IMG/VR virus record: IMGVR_UViG_3300045988_173425
Coordinates: 32,001 to 96,000 of that record
From: a virus
Direction: 5' to 3' (one strand)
DNA: 64,000 nucleotides
Shown here: positions 44,638 to 54,866 of the stretch, piece after piece
How the letters are laid out: each line of letters begins with the position of its first letter
How positions within the stretch are numbered: position 1 is the stretch's first letter
Position numbers and translations under genes: made by a program
Notes under the pieces: model-generated
Told to the model about the DNA's origin: nothing
The model's database searches: none
What the model saw: the letters and a program-made list of their open reading frames with translations, nothing else

Positions 44638-45021
44638 ATGAAACTGAAAACCAACAATGCGTCCCTTTACGGTTCGCGCCTTACCGTCCCCGTTGACGGC
44701 ACAATCCAAATCGACCGCAACGGTGAGATCAACGTATCTGAAGCCTGCGCCCGCCATCTGCTGACGCTCCCCGAGTGGGTAGCAGCCGGAAAAGACAAGG
44801 CAAAGAACGCCGACCCCGAGCCGGAGGCTGAACCTGAAGAGGCCGATCAGAACAAGGCCGTCATCGATCAGATTCGCGCCATGTCGCTCGAAGAAATGAT
44901 CGAGACCGCTGCCGAGGCTGGTTACCCCGAGGACGAGTACAAGAAGTTCGTAAAGAACGCCAAATTGATGGCAGCCTATCTGGTGAAGAAATACAAGGCC
45001 GCTGTCGCCGCTGAGGAGTAG
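44638..45021 (+). CDS. hypothetical head-associated protein
   Basis: 127 aa with an acidic linker (PEPEAEPEEAD). Assignment is from position only. Confidence 0.45.
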   Translation: MKLKTNNASLYGSRLTVPVDGTIQIDRNGEINVSEACARHLLTLPEWVAAGKDKAKNADPEPEAEPEEADQNKAVIDQIRAMSLEEMIETAAEAGYPEDEYKKFVKNAKLMAAYLVKKYKAAVAAEE

Positions 45022-45061
45022 TTTCCTCGTCTAACCGTTACGACTCGCAAAACAGACCAAA

Positions 45062-45856
45062 ATGACTCTTCAATTAGACATCCTCTATAACAAGAACGAA
45101 GGCCTCGTCATAAGCCCTTCGGAGTTGGCCGAAAACTACCTTTTTGGCATTCCGATGTGCGCTCCTGACGGCCAGCGTGTCGCCGAGTCCTCCATCAAGA
45201 CCCAGATCAAGGTGGCGCAGACACAGGTTGAAAACCTACTGTCGATAAAACTCAAAAGGCAGGTTATTGAGGAAAGCCGCGATTACATTCGCGAAGAGTG
45301 GAACAACTGGGGCTTCATTCGTGCGATGTACCCTGTGGTGTGTATACGTTCGTTGTGCGGTTTCATCAACTCTGTTATGCAGACCCGCTACCCATCGGAG
45401 TGGCTTTCTATCAAGAAGATCGCTTCAGTAGCCGTGTATCGTAACATTTCGCTGATCCCTAATTCCGGTTCTGGAAAAGGGGCTATCATGACGCAGAATT
45501 CGTATGTATACAACGGCATTGCTCCCAATTTAGGGTGGTTTGGTCAAAAGTACATCCCCAACTACTGGCGGCTGAAATACGTCACCGGATGGAACGAAAT
45601 ACCTGCCGACCTGCTAAACTTCATAGCCAAGGCCGCAGCGTTGAACGTTCTGGCGTTGATAGGCGATGTACTGTACGGCGTGGGCATGTCGTCGGTGAGC
45701 ATTTCACTGGACGGTGTGTCGCAAAACACGCCGTTGACACGTTCGGCCCAAGGCGGTCTATTCGGCGGCCGCATTAAACTGTATCTGGACGAACTGAATC
45801 AACAACTGCCGAATCTCAAGAACCAATACCGCGGTATCGCGTTTGATGTACTGTAA
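45062..45856 (+). CDS. head completion / connector candidate
   Basis: Located between the capsid and tail genes. No motif recognised. Confidence 0.4.
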   Translation: MTLQLDILYNKNEGLVISPSELAENYLFGIPMCAPDGQRVAESSIKTQIKVAQTQVENLLSIKLKRQVIEESRDYIREEWNNWGFIRAMYPVVCIRSLCGFINSVMQTRYPSEWLSIKKIASVAVYRNISLIPNSGSGKGAIMTQNSYVYNGIAPNLGWFGQKYIPNYWRLKYVTGWNEIPADLLNFIAKAAALNVLALIGDVLYGVGMSSVSISLDGVSQNTPLTRSAQGGLFGGRIKLYLDELNQQLPNLKNQYRGIAFDVL

Positions 45857-46689
45857 TGGCCAAGAAGCAATCCATATTGAGCGCGTCTATCGTTGACACC
45901 CCACCCGTGAGCCTGACCCCCGCACAACCGGGGCGTCCGGCCGTGGGATGGGACGTGGGGCGTTTCGAACGCTTGATATACGACCAAGGATATGATGCCT
46001 ACATCGACCGCGCTATGCGTTGCCCGTGTGTGGACAAGACCAGCGGTCAGGCTTCGTCAACGTGCCAAAACTGCTATGGCCGTGGCTGGTTCTTTGTAAA
46101 TCGACGTGAAACACGCCTCATAGCCCAGACCATGGGTAACCGCCGTAAGTACGAAGAGTGGAGCGAACTCAATATCGGCACCGCGGCTATCACGGCTCGT
46201 GCTGTTGACCGTATGGGGTTTATGGACCGCGTCGTGCTGTTGGACTTGGAAGGCTATTTCTCTGAAATACTCCGTCCGACTATCTACCGCAACGAGCTGT
46301 TCGCCTATCCGGTGTATGAACCGCTGGAAATTACCGACATATTCCTTCATGTCGCTGACGGTGAACCGCTGCGGCCGCTTACTACGGCCGAGTTCCGCGT
46401 AGACAAGAACAGGGTCGTTTTCAGCAAGGATTTGATCGGTATGGTAGAAAGTAACGACCCCAACGCAAAAGCCGGAAATTTGACCGTTTCCGTTCGTTAC
46501 AAGCACTATCCCGTATACCACATAATCGACGTTGACCGTGAACTGATGCAAGTGCGCGAGGGAAAGCCCTGCGCTGCGCGACGTGAGGCGTTGACGGCGA
46601 TGCCTGTAAAGGTTGTTGGCCGTAAGGCTGAATATGTATTCCCGCCTATGCGGTATGGCGATGTTCCTTATGACAACACGGTGAAATGA
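45856..46689 (+). CDS. virion-module protein with Cys4 cluster
   Basis: CPCVDKTSGQASSTCQNCYGRG. Lies in the neck region. Confidence 0.45.
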   Translation: MAKKQSILSASIVDTPPVSLTPAQPGRPAVGWDVGRFERLIYDQGYDAYIDRAMRCPCVDKTSGQASSTCQNCYGRGWFFVNRRETRLIAQTMGNRRKYEEWSELNIGTAAITARAVDRMGFMDRVVLLDLEGYFSEILRPTIYRNELFAYPVYEPLEITDIFLHVADGEPLRPLTTAEFRVDKNRVVFSKDLIGMVESNDPNAKAGNLTVSVRYKHYPVYHIIDVDRELMQVREGKPCAARREALTAMPVKVVGRKAEYVFPPMRYGDVPYDNTVK

Positions 46690-46976
46690 AAAAGGTGATT
46701 GAAAAGTTCATTGGATGGCTTAATGTCGTCCCCAAGGATAAGTATCAGCATTTTACGCTTGGAGCAATTATCGCTTCCGTGGCGTTAATAATCGCTGCGC
46801 CTTTGATCGACTGTTGGCGTTGGCTACCTTTGGTGATATCGGTAGTCGCTTTGGTGTCATTGGCCATGGTGAAGGAATACGCAGTAGATTCGAAGGTTGA
46901 CGTGAACGACATTCTCTGGACAATGGGCGGTGGATATACGGTTTGGGTGATATTCATTGTATTCATCAATGGCTAA
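46686..46976 (+). CDS. small integral membrane protein
   Basis: Three hydrophobic helices: LGAIIASVALIIAAPLI, LPLVISVVALVSLAMV and GGGYTVWVIFIVFI. Confidence 0.5.
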   Translation: MKKVIEKFIGWLNVVPKDKYQHFTLGAIIASVALIIAAPLIDCWRWLPLVISVVALVSLAMVKEYAVDSKVDVNDILWTMGGGYTVWVIFIVFING

Positions 46977-47772
46977 ACCAATCAACATAGACGTTACAGG
47001 TTTAGGCGCCCAGTTTGGACTCACGCAAGCCCAGATTGACGACCTAACTGAACTCTGTGTTCAAGCCGTTACTGCTGCTGTATACGCCAACTGGCAGGCG
47101 TTGGCCAAACAAGGATTAAATTCAACACGCCCCGAATACCTCCAAAATCTAAACATAATCGATCGCGGCCGTTTCGCCAAGTCGATTGTCCTCACGGGGG
47201 AATTACCAGTGATGCTGGAGGCCGGGGCAACCCCTTTCGACCAAAAGGAATATTTTCAACGGTCATCGAAGGTCCGCCACACGGTGCCTGTACTGCGCAA
47301 GGACGGTACGGTACTGAAACCCGGCGGCGATTGGTATTTGACTGTTCCGTTCCGTCACGGCACGCCGGGAACGGTTGGTCAGGCAGGATTCTCCGACGAA
47401 ATGCCGCAAGAGGTTTACGACGTGGTCCGCACGTTTGTTACTGGCCAACGGCTACGCGCTTCGCAGATTCCTTCACCGTACAACGTACCGACCGAGCGTC
47501 GGGCCATTGCCGCTACTGACCGTTCACCAGCGTATGGCGCTTATATTCGCCGACACTCCATCTACGAGGGCATCACCAAGCAGACAGGAGTTTACGCCCG
47601 AACGACTCAAAACATGTACGTCTCATTCCGTCGAGCGTCAAAGAACTCCGACCCGTTGAGTTGGATATTCCCGGGCCTTACGGCGCGACGCTTCGCCGAC
47701 AAGGCCATCGACCAGACGGATGTTGAAACAATAGTACACAACGAATCGGTTAATTTCTTAGAGAACCTATGA
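46969..47772 (+). CDS. neck / tail-completion candidate
   Basis: Track ORF starts on TTG at 46957; the ATG at 46969 overlaps the upstream gene end. Assignment is from position only. Confidence 0.45.
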   Translation: MAKPINIDVTGLGAQFGLTQAQIDDLTELCVQAVTAAVYANWQALAKQGLNSTRPEYLQNLNIIDRGRFAKSIVLTGELPVMLEAGATPFDQKEYFQRSSKVRHTVPVLRKDGTVLKPGGDWYLTVPFRHGTPGTVGQAGFSDEMPQEVYDVVRTFVTGQRLRASQIPSPYNVPTERRAIAATDRSPAYGAYIRRHSIYEGITKQTGVYARTTQNMYVSFRRASKNSDPLSWIFPGLTARRFADKAIDQTDVETIVHNESVNFLENL

Positions 47773-48473
47773 AAGTAGACGCCCTTATACTGCCCGAGGT
47801 GATAATCGCCCGCGTGTTGAACGCTATCGTGAAAATGATACGCGACGACATTGCACTCACCGTACCACAAGACGTCAAGAACACCATACTTTACCAGCTG
47901 TTGGGTGAAAACGAGGACGGACAACCCATCCGCATGAATGCCTATAACTATTTCCGGCAGGCGGTAAAGATATTTTCTAATCCGGCGAATTTGGAGGTCC
48001 ATTTAGGATACAATCCTCAGGTGACGACCGCCCTCGCCGTTCACATCATTTTGCCCGGCGAACAAGCCTCAAATGCCCCATTAGGCGAGGGGCAGGAATG
48101 GGACGCTGACGCGGACCAGTTCATGTACACGCAGTGGATGGACGCACAGTATCAAATTCTCATCACGTCGGATAACTCTTCCGAGGCTATGATAGCCTAC
48201 AACGTATTGAAAGCCATGCTGCTGATGTACGCTCCAAACCTCGATTTAGTGGGGTTACGCATTCCGCGCGTATCAGGCGGCGATATAATCCTTCAACAGG
48301 ATATAATTCCGCCAACAGTATTCCACAAGGCACTCACACTGGCGTTCAAATACGAGGTTACAGTTCCAACAAGATTGCGTGCCCAAGTCGTAAAGGCCAT
48401 CAGCTACAATTATAACATTTGCGACCCGTTTGACGGTGAAAACGTAATTCCCGGCGACGGTAAAACTGAATAA
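47769..48473 (+). CDS. neck / tail-completion candidate
   Basis: ATG overlapping the upstream stop. Lies immediately before the sheath gene. Confidence 0.45.
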   Translation: MKVDALILPEVIIARVLNAIVKMIRDDIALTVPQDVKNTILYQLLGENEDGQPIRMNAYNYFRQAVKIFSNPANLEVHLGYNPQVTTALAVHIILPGEQASNAPLGEGQEWDADADQFMYTQWMDAQYQILITSDNSSEAMIAYNVLKAMLLMYAPNLDLVGLRIPRVSGGDIILQQDIIPPTVFHKALTLAFKYEVTVPTRLRAQVVKAISYNYNICDPFDGENVIPGDGKTE

Positions 48474-48503
48474 ATACCAAAAACTTTCTAAACATACAAC
48501 ATT

Positions 48504-50189
48504 ATGAGTACTGTGGTAACGATGAATGGCAAAACCTACGTTGAGCCTGGTTCGTACGCAATCACCGTCTATCAGCCTACTTCGGTAGTCAACGTGGCTT
48601 CGTTTGGCCGCGTGATGATTATCGACACGGGCCTCTCTCAGGAGAAGGTGGGCGATGCAACGTACGAATTCGCAGGCGGCGCGGGTATTGCCGGCGTTGA
48701 CGCTTCCGGGCGCAAGGCCATTTACAGTTTCGAGAACTTCGAAGACTTCTCGGACTTCATGGGTGGCGGCATGATCACCGACATCGCTGAAAAGCTATTC
48801 ACGCCGATCGACGGTGCGCTGGGTACGCCGCGCCTGTACTACACCCGCGCAGCAAAGACCACTCCGGCAACTCTTACTATCGGCTCCGGCGCCAATTCTA
48901 TCGTACTGACCTGCTTGAATGAAGGTGCGGTGGGTAACGGCGTGGCTGAAGGCGATATGAGTGAACTGTCGAACGGCACGCTGGAAAACCTCAAGGTCGG
49001 CTACGCTTTGGCCATCAAGGCTGGCGTTGACGACACGTCGAAGTTTATCGCCACTATTTATCGTGGTAACTACCGCGGTACGGACGCTGCTGGCGAGCCT
49101 TATGGCACTTACACGCTGGAACAGGCCTATGGCGAGATGGTAGCCCAGTCGGGTGAAATCAGCACTTACGACGAACTTTACAACTGGCTGATCACTTCGT
49201 CGATGGTTATGGCCAATTTCCGTCCGTCGAAAGGCGCAAGTTTCGCAGGCGCTACGGCTGTTGCGGCTATGGAGCCTACAACCTTCGCTGGCGGCAACAC
49301 CTCGTATCAGGGTGCAAAAGGCGAGAACGAGTATTACCCCGACGTGTTGGAAGCGATCCGCGAACTGGAGGTCACGTTCTTCCTGTGTACGGATTACGGA
49401 GTCGCCAACGGAATGAAGGCTTCTTCCAACGGTAAACTGTTCACCTTCCTCAAGAACGATGCCAAGTTCGACGAGTTCATGTTTGTAGCCGGAGGCGAAG
49501 GTAAGACCGATCTGCTCACGACCAATACCGTCACGCAGACTTCGCAGGCGCTGGCCGTACACTACAACGACGAAAAGGTCATCATCATCCACGGGTCGCC
49601 TACTGTAGCGCGTAAAGACGGCAACGGCACCAAGAACCTGCCGTCGATCTATCTCGCCGCTGCTATCATGGGTCTTAACGCAGGTCTGGCCGCTCAAACT
49701 CCGGTAACGTTCAAGCGTGTGGGGTATGACGCCTACGCCTACGACCTTACGTTCAGCGAGCGTGTCAAGGCTCTTCAGGCTGGCATTATGCACGTCCGTG
49801 AGGTATCGGGATATTACCGCGTCAATCAGGGCATCACGTCGCTTCAGAACAACAAGCAGACTATCGCCGAAGACGGTCAGACGTTTGAGTTGTCGATCGC
49901 CCTTATCAAGGCTCAACTCAACAAGGAACTGATCCTCGAAGGACAGACGCGCTTTACCGGCAACACCGCTGCTCAGGCTTCGCCCAATACCGTGAAGGAC
50001 TTCACCGAAACCAAACTCACGTCGCTTGTAGCCAAGGTCGGCGACGACAACCTGATCATCTCGTGGAAGAACGTGAAGGTTTCAGCCAAGAACGGTGACT
50101 ATAAAGTCACCTACGACTTCGTCCCCAACGTTCCGGTCAACAAGACGTTCTTCGTTGGTAACATGCTCGACTATGTTTTTAACTCGTAA
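48504..50189 (+). CDS. contractile tail sheath protein
   Basis: 561 aa, followed by tube-sized, chaperone-sized and tape-measure genes in canonical myovirus order. Confidence 0.65.
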   Translation: MSTVVTMNGKTYVEPGSYAITVYQPTSVVNVASFGRVMIIDTGLSQEKVGDATYEFAGGAGIAGVDASGRKAIYSFENFEDFSDFMGGGMITDIAEKLFTPIDGALGTPRLYYTRAAKTTPATLTIGSGANSIVLTCLNEGAVGNGVAEGDMSELSNGTLENLKVGYALAIKAGVDDTSKFIATIYRGNYRGTDAAGEPYGTYTLEQAYGEMVAQSGEISTYDELYNWLITSSMVMANFRPSKGASFAGATAVAAMEPTTFAGGNTSYQGAKGENEYYPDVLEAIRELEVTFFLCTDYGVANGMKASSNGKLFTFLKNDAKFDEFMFVAGGEGKTDLLTTNTVTQTSQALAVHYNDEKVIIIHGSPTVARKDGNGTKNLPSIYLAAAIMGLNAGLAAQTPVTFKRVGYDAYAYDLTFSERVKALQAGIMHVREVSGYYRVNQGITSLQNNKQTIAEDGQTFELSIALIKAQLNKELILEGQTRFTGNTAAQASPNTVKDFTETKLTSLVAKVGDDNLIISWKNVKVSAKNGDYKVTYDFVPNVPVNKTFFVGNMLDYVFNS

Positions 50190-50208
50190 TTAAAGAAAGG
50201 AGCGCTAT

Positions 50209-50709
50209 ATGTCGAATAAGAGAGTAATGACTGCGCCGCTTGCGATTATCCGCATCAACAGCGTCGCCGTCGGTAAAATGAAGAACGTCCGTGTTACGGA
50301 GAACATCCGCCGCGGACGGGTCGTGGGCCTCGGTAGCCTCACCCCCAGTGAGGTTCCGGCGGTGGAATGGAGCGGCTCGCTGAGTTGCAGTTCGTATTCC
50401 ATCAACTTCAACCGCCTGGCCAACGTGTCCCGGAAAGGCACCTTCCGCCAGACTACCAGCATTGAAGAGTGGGCCAACGCCATTCTCCTGCAGGAGGAAG
50501 GGCTGGAGTTCGCTATTCAGCGTAAGGTTAAGGACGGCGAAATCGACCCTGAAACCGGACTTGTAAAGGCCACCTACGAAACGTTCGCTCTGGTGAAGGG
50601 AGCGTTCGCTACGCGCGAGGGCTTTGACATCCAAGAGGGGCAGATCTCGGGTCGCGATACCGAGTTCGAGTACATCAATCCGATCCTCTTTGACGGTATC
50701 AGCGAATAG
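50209..50709 (+). CDS. tail tube protein
   Basis: 166 aa directly after the sheath gene, followed by a hairpin terminator. This is one of the few genes with an AGGAG upstream. Confidence 0.6.
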   Translation: MSNKRVMTAPLAIIRINSVAVGKMKNVRVTENIRRGRVVGLGSLTPSEVPAVEWSGSLSCSSYSINFNRLANVSRKGTFRQTTSIEEWANAILLQEEGLEFAIQRKVKDGEIDPETGLVKATYETFALVKGAFATREGFDIQEGQISGRDTEFEYINPILFDGISE

Positions 50710-50740
50710 AACCGCCGCTATATACCAACCCCAAGTATAA

Positions 50741-50780
50741 AGAGAGTGCCGTGGAAAGCCCGTGGCGCTCTCTTTATTGT
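50741..50780 (+). terminator. rho-independent terminator candidate
   Basis: AGAGAGTGCC (50741-50750) pairs with GGCGCTCTCT (50764-50773) with one G-T pair, followed by TTATTGTT. Confidence 0.5.
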
Positions 50781-50799
50781 TAAACAAAATAGTCTAAAA

Positions 50800-51213
50800 A
50801 TGGAAGATTACATGAAACAACTTTCCGAGGTAAAGGCTGTTGAATTCCGTGGCACGAAACTCAACGTCAAGTTCCCTAACGTCGGTGAGATGATCGACAT
50901 CGAGAATCTCAAAACCGCGTACTCTGGCGGGCGTTACGGCGTGATGCTGGCGAGTGGCGTGAAGAGTATGATCTACGCCGTTGACGTCATCGACGCCATG
51001 GCCTTCATCGAAATCAAACTCAAGGCCGTTCGTAACATGCTCAACATCCCCGAGGGGCAGTCGCTGATGAGCGTTGATTCAGCGTTGGCGTCGGAACTGA
51101 CGGCGTGGTACAAGCAGCAAATTGCCCCGTGGTACAACTCGATGATGTCGAAACTGTATGAGGCAGGAAATGCCCAGCCGTCTCTCCACAAAAAGGGCGG
51201 AGCCGACGCTTAA
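50800..51213 (+). CDS. tail assembly chaperone candidate
   Basis: Track ORF starts on GTG at 50746 within the terminator; the first ATG is 50800. Lies between the tube and tape-measure genes. Confidence 0.5.
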   Translation: MEDYMKQLSEVKAVEFRGTKLNVKFPNVGEMIDIENLKTAYSGGRYGVMLASGVKSMIYAVDVIDAMAFIEIKLKAVRNMLNIPEGQSLMSVDSALASELTAWYKQQIAPWYNSMMSKLYEAGNAQPSLHKKGGADA

Positions 51214-51493
51214 TGACGCTCTCGACAACGGCGTCGAGCGTTGGTTGAAAAGGTTCCCGATTGATCTTTGGTGGCGGAGAAAGTACAACGTGGCTTACGG
51301 TTCGCCGCAACACCGGGCGATGAGTTTCTTTGATCAGCTACAAGAGTATCGCGAAGAACTGACACTCCAACGCTTGATACGCGAACATCAAGAGCGAGAG
51401 GCTATGGGCGACGGCTACGATTCGCGTGTTCTGAAAATGAGCCAAGAAGAGATCGACGAGGACTACGACAATATCAACTTGGATGACTTTTAA
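51158..51493 (+). CDS. second chaperone ORF (separate gene or +1 frameshift extension)
   Basis: Overlaps the upstream gene by 56 nt in the +1 frame. The overlap contains the A-run C ACA AAA AGG (51187-51196). Confidence 0.4.
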   Translation: MRQEMPSRLSTKRAEPTLNDALDNGVERWLKRFPIDLWWRRKYNVAYGSPQHRAMSFFDQLQEYREELTLQRLIREHQEREAMGDGYDSRVLKMSQEEIDEDYDNINLDDF

Positions 51494-51504
51494 CGCAAAC
51501 AACA

Positions 51505-53574
51505 ATGGCCGAAAGGGACATAACAGTTAACATCAACGGTAACGGCTCAGGAGGTACAGGTTCGCCTACCACGCCTCCTGAACCAATTACCGGAGGTGAT
51601 GACGCGCGGTTGAGTGCGTCAGTTTCAGAACTCGTTACAGAGATTCGTAATGCCTTATCTCAAGGAAATGGCCCGGCGGTCGGTCAAAGCGGCTTCAAAG
51701 GTTATCTTGATGATGTTGGACGTAGCATCGTCACCCAGCGTCAGGCTGAAATCCGAAACCGTTTCGACCTCACGCGAGAAGAGAACTTCGGCCGTTATTC
51801 AGAGGAGATAGAAAAACTTGACGCCGAACGCGCTGCTCGCGTAAACCGCTATTCTTTCTCGCCTGACGGTACGCTGTATAACCCCGAAGGCAAGGCCCTC
51901 CCGACGGGCGCAGGCATCAGCAGTGACCTCGACAAGTGGTATAACGTCCGCCGTCAGCAAATAGACGAGCAATACGGAGGAATTGACGAGCGTTTAGCCT
52001 CTGAAGAAGAAAGTGAACGTGCGTCAGTAGAACGCGAAATGGTGGACGCCTTACGGACCGTTGCGGAGGCGTTACGAAACGAATCGCGTGAGAAGTCATC
52101 CGGTAGCGAAGATTCCTACATGGGCCGCCTCCGCTTACAGCGGAAAGAGCTGGTCGATGACATGGAACGCGCCGTTGGCGAAGACGACTTCGTTGCAGCG
52201 CGTCGTCGGCTTCAAGAGTTCGATCAGCGTCAGGCTGCTGCCGGTAACGGCGATCTGTTTGAAAATATCACCAACGCGCGTCTTGCTACGTCGGGCGCCA
52301 GTATGTTGACCTCGGCCGCCAGCGGCAATCTCACTGGAGTAGGAATGGGTGCTGCTGGATTAGGAGCTGCAGCCCTTGGAATTCCTATTGCGGGCATTAT
52401 CGCCGCAGCGGTTATCGCTGCCGTGGGGCAAACTGTTGTAGCTACGACGAACCGCATCGAAGCTATGGGTGATATTGCCGCCATACGAGGTATTTGGGGT
52501 GGCAATACCGGTAACGCCGCACTCCGCAACGCTACGGCTACCGTGATCAATGCCCGTACCCAAGGAGCCTACGGCGAAGAGATCACCCGTCGCCAGTTAG
52601 GATTGGAGGATGCTGAATTTATGCAGCGGGCGTTGGCGCTCATGACTACTTCCGGTGTACTGGCCAACTGGGAAAACCGGACGTTCTACAGCTACGCCAA
52701 CGAAAGCCAGTTCAACCTTCGCGAAGGCAGTGTTGCTCAAGCATCGCGATACGACCGTTACGGGCTGGAATCTAACACGGCTATTGCGCGGCTGGCCTAC
52801 GAACTCGAACGCCTCAACGACGAGGGTGTCAATACGGGCATTGGCGGCGATTTAGGATACATCCGCATGCAGGAGCGCTTCGATATTCAACAGCAGTTGA
52901 TGGGGCGCTACTACTCCATGTACAATCGCCCGAGTTACGAAGTGGCCAACGCTACCCAAGCGGCGTATTCTGCTGCCATGGACCCGCGATTCATTCAAGA
53001 CGGCCGATTGGGCGACCTAATAGCCAAGTTGGATTCAGCGATAGGCAACCCCCAGTCTGAAACCATGCAGGCTATTTCGTTTGACGCTTTACGCACCTAC
53101 GGATCGCAGTACGGAATTGGCAGTTTCAACAACCTGCAGATGCAGCACGTGTTACGAACCCCACAAACCTTTAGAATTAGCGAAGCCGAGCGCAACTCGA
53201 TGATTATTCGTCATGTTGCTGACATGGCAGGCATTCCTGAAGAAGAGCGCGGCGATTGGAGTGCATTCTTTGGGTCGCCTGTGTTCTTGGACTATGCTGA
53301 TATGTTGGGGCTGAACTACGAAGAAATGGCGCAAACGATTCCCGGCTTGGCTACTGGGGAAACAGCACGCCAATATGGCCGTTCGCGTCAGACTATGCGC
53401 CGCAACGCTACTGAATCGCATTACGGTATGCTGCAAAATGTAAGCGACTATTCACAGTTCCGGACTGCCGTTGGCAAGATCATCAGCGCTGCTGAAGAGT
53501 TCAGCACTCAACTGGGAAGCGCTGTGGCAGGTTACAACATCGAAGAAAACGAAGTTCACCCCGGTTTACAATGA
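51505..53574 (+). CDS. tape measure protein
   Basis: 689 aa. Helical and charged, with a central Gly/Ala hydrophobic block GVGMGAAGLGAAALGIPIAGIIAAAVIAAVG. Located after the chaperones. Confidence 0.7.
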   Translation: MAERDITVNINGNGSGGTGSPTTPPEPITGGDDARLSASVSELVTEIRNALSQGNGPAVGQSGFKGYLDDVGRSIVTQRQAEIRNRFDLTREENFGRYSEEIEKLDAERAARVNRYSFSPDGTLYNPEGKALPTGAGISSDLDKWYNVRRQQIDEQYGGIDERLASEEESERASVEREMVDALRTVAEALRNESREKSSGSEDSYMGRLRLQRKELVDDMERAVGEDDFVAARRRLQEFDQRQAAAGNGDLFENITNARLATSGASMLTSAASGNLTGVGMGAAGLGAAALGIPIAGIIAAAVIAAVGQTVVATTNRIEAMGDIAAIRGIWGGNTGNAALRNATATVINARTQGAYGEEITRRQLGLEDAEFMQRALALMTTSGVLANWENRTFYSYANESQFNLREGSVAQASRYDRYGLESNTAIARLAYELERLNDEGVNTGIGGDLGYIRMQERFDIQQQLMGRYYSMYNRPSYEVANATQAAYSAAMDPRFIQDGRLGDLIAKLDSAIGNPQSETMQAISFDALRTYGSQYGIGSFNNLQMQHVLRTPQTFRISEAERNSMIIRHVADMAGIPEEERGDWSAFFGSPVFLDYADMLGLNYEEMAQTIPGLATGETARQYGRSRQTMRRNATESHYGMLQNVSDYSQFRTAVGKIISAAEEFSTQLGSAVAGYNIEENEVHPGLQ

Positions 53575-54866
53575 TAGAAACAAAAGGATACATCGATATC
53601 ATACACGACCAGAAGAGCGTGGCGACTATGAAGGACTTCATAGCCTTCTATCATATTGACGAAATAACGCCTGAAAAGCTATTCGACGATAATCGTGAAA
53701 ATATCTTTGCGGCGATGTCGTGGCTGGATAAGTGTTCTTACATGGTTCAGCACGGCATGACTGGTGCCGCTGATACGCTCACGCCCGACAAGTTAGACCC
53801 CGAAATGACGTTACCGCGATTTGCCAAAATACGGGTCTATTATACAAACGTCCGCCAAGAAGACGTTCTATACATCAGCAACGTCAAGGCCAAGATCGCC
53901 GATTACGCAAAGTGGTTTGACGAAAGATTGCTTGAAATAACGGACTCAAACGGTTTCCGGAGCGAAGGTAACGTCGTAACGAAGGAATATCGCAAAATGG
54001 CCCCTAACATTCGCGTGTGCGGGTGGTTCAAGGCGTTGGACTTCTTGCCGAACTATCGAGGCGCTGACACGATAACCTCGACCGTGCGCGACATATCACG
54101 CTACGTTGGAGCCATGACAGTGAATACCACCAAAAACGGCGGCAACTTCACCTTCAGTCTTCCGCATATTGCCGTTGAAAAGATAGTTCGCGGTAAGTCC
54201 GGGCTGTACGAAGATACGATTGTTTCAGCAGAAATCGAAAATAAGTCGTATTACAAAACCGCATTCGCTGACGACACATCCCGAAACGAAGACGATTATT
54301 TCAACTGGTTAATTTCGCCAAATGATTTGATATTCCTGCGTTTCGAAAAGACCGTTGAAGAAATAAACGACGATTTAAACAACCGCACTGGAGAACCTCA
54401 ACTCCACGGCGACGTGTGGGATATGATAGGCTTGGTAGATTCAGTTTCAATATCTACCGACGCGCAGGGTACGGCATCTAACGTGACGGTGAAGGGGCGC
54501 GACCTGATGAAACTGCTGATCGATGACGGCTCGTTCTTCTTTCCTATTGCCATGGACCTTGGGGCGCGTGAACTATTCGCCAACGCTTCAGGGGTTTCCG
54601 TTACCAGCGGCGGCGACGGATTAGGAGTCCAAATCAACTGCAAGAATGCCTTGAATCGCCTTATGGGGCGAAGTGTCAGTGGTAATATACTCCCCTTCAG
54701 AGGCAGTATGTTTACCTTGGAATTTGTGTTGAAAGAAGTCATCAACTGGCTATCAAACATAGCTATTGCCCCTGACTACCTTTTCACTCCTTGGGGTGAT
54801 GAGCGTACTACGATGATGGATATTGAGCCGCCTGCTCCGGAGAACCCTAAAAAGAACGTAAAATGA
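53571..54866 (+). CDS. distal tail / baseplate hub candidate
   Basis: 431 aa directly after the tape measure. Assignment is from position only. Confidence 0.4.
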   Translation: MIETKGYIDIIHDQKSVATMKDFIAFYHIDEITPEKLFDDNRENIFAAMSWLDKCSYMVQHGMTGAADTLTPDKLDPEMTLPRFAKIRVYYTNVRQEDVLYISNVKAKIADYAKWFDERLLEITDSNGFRSEGNVVTKEYRKMAPNIRVCGWFKALDFLPNYRGADTITSTVRDISRYVGAMTVNTTKNGGNFTFSLPHIAVEKIVRGKSGLYEDTIVSAEIENKSYYKTAFADDTSRNEDDYFNWLISPNDLIFLRFEKTVEEINDDLNNRTGEPQLHGDVWDMIGLVDSVSISTDAQGTASNVTVKGRDLMKLLIDDGSFFFPIAMDLGARELFANASGVSVTSGGDGLGVQINCKNALNRLMGRSVSGNILPFRGSMFTLEFVLKEVINWLSNIAIAPDYLFTPWGDERTTMMDIEPPAPENPKKNVK

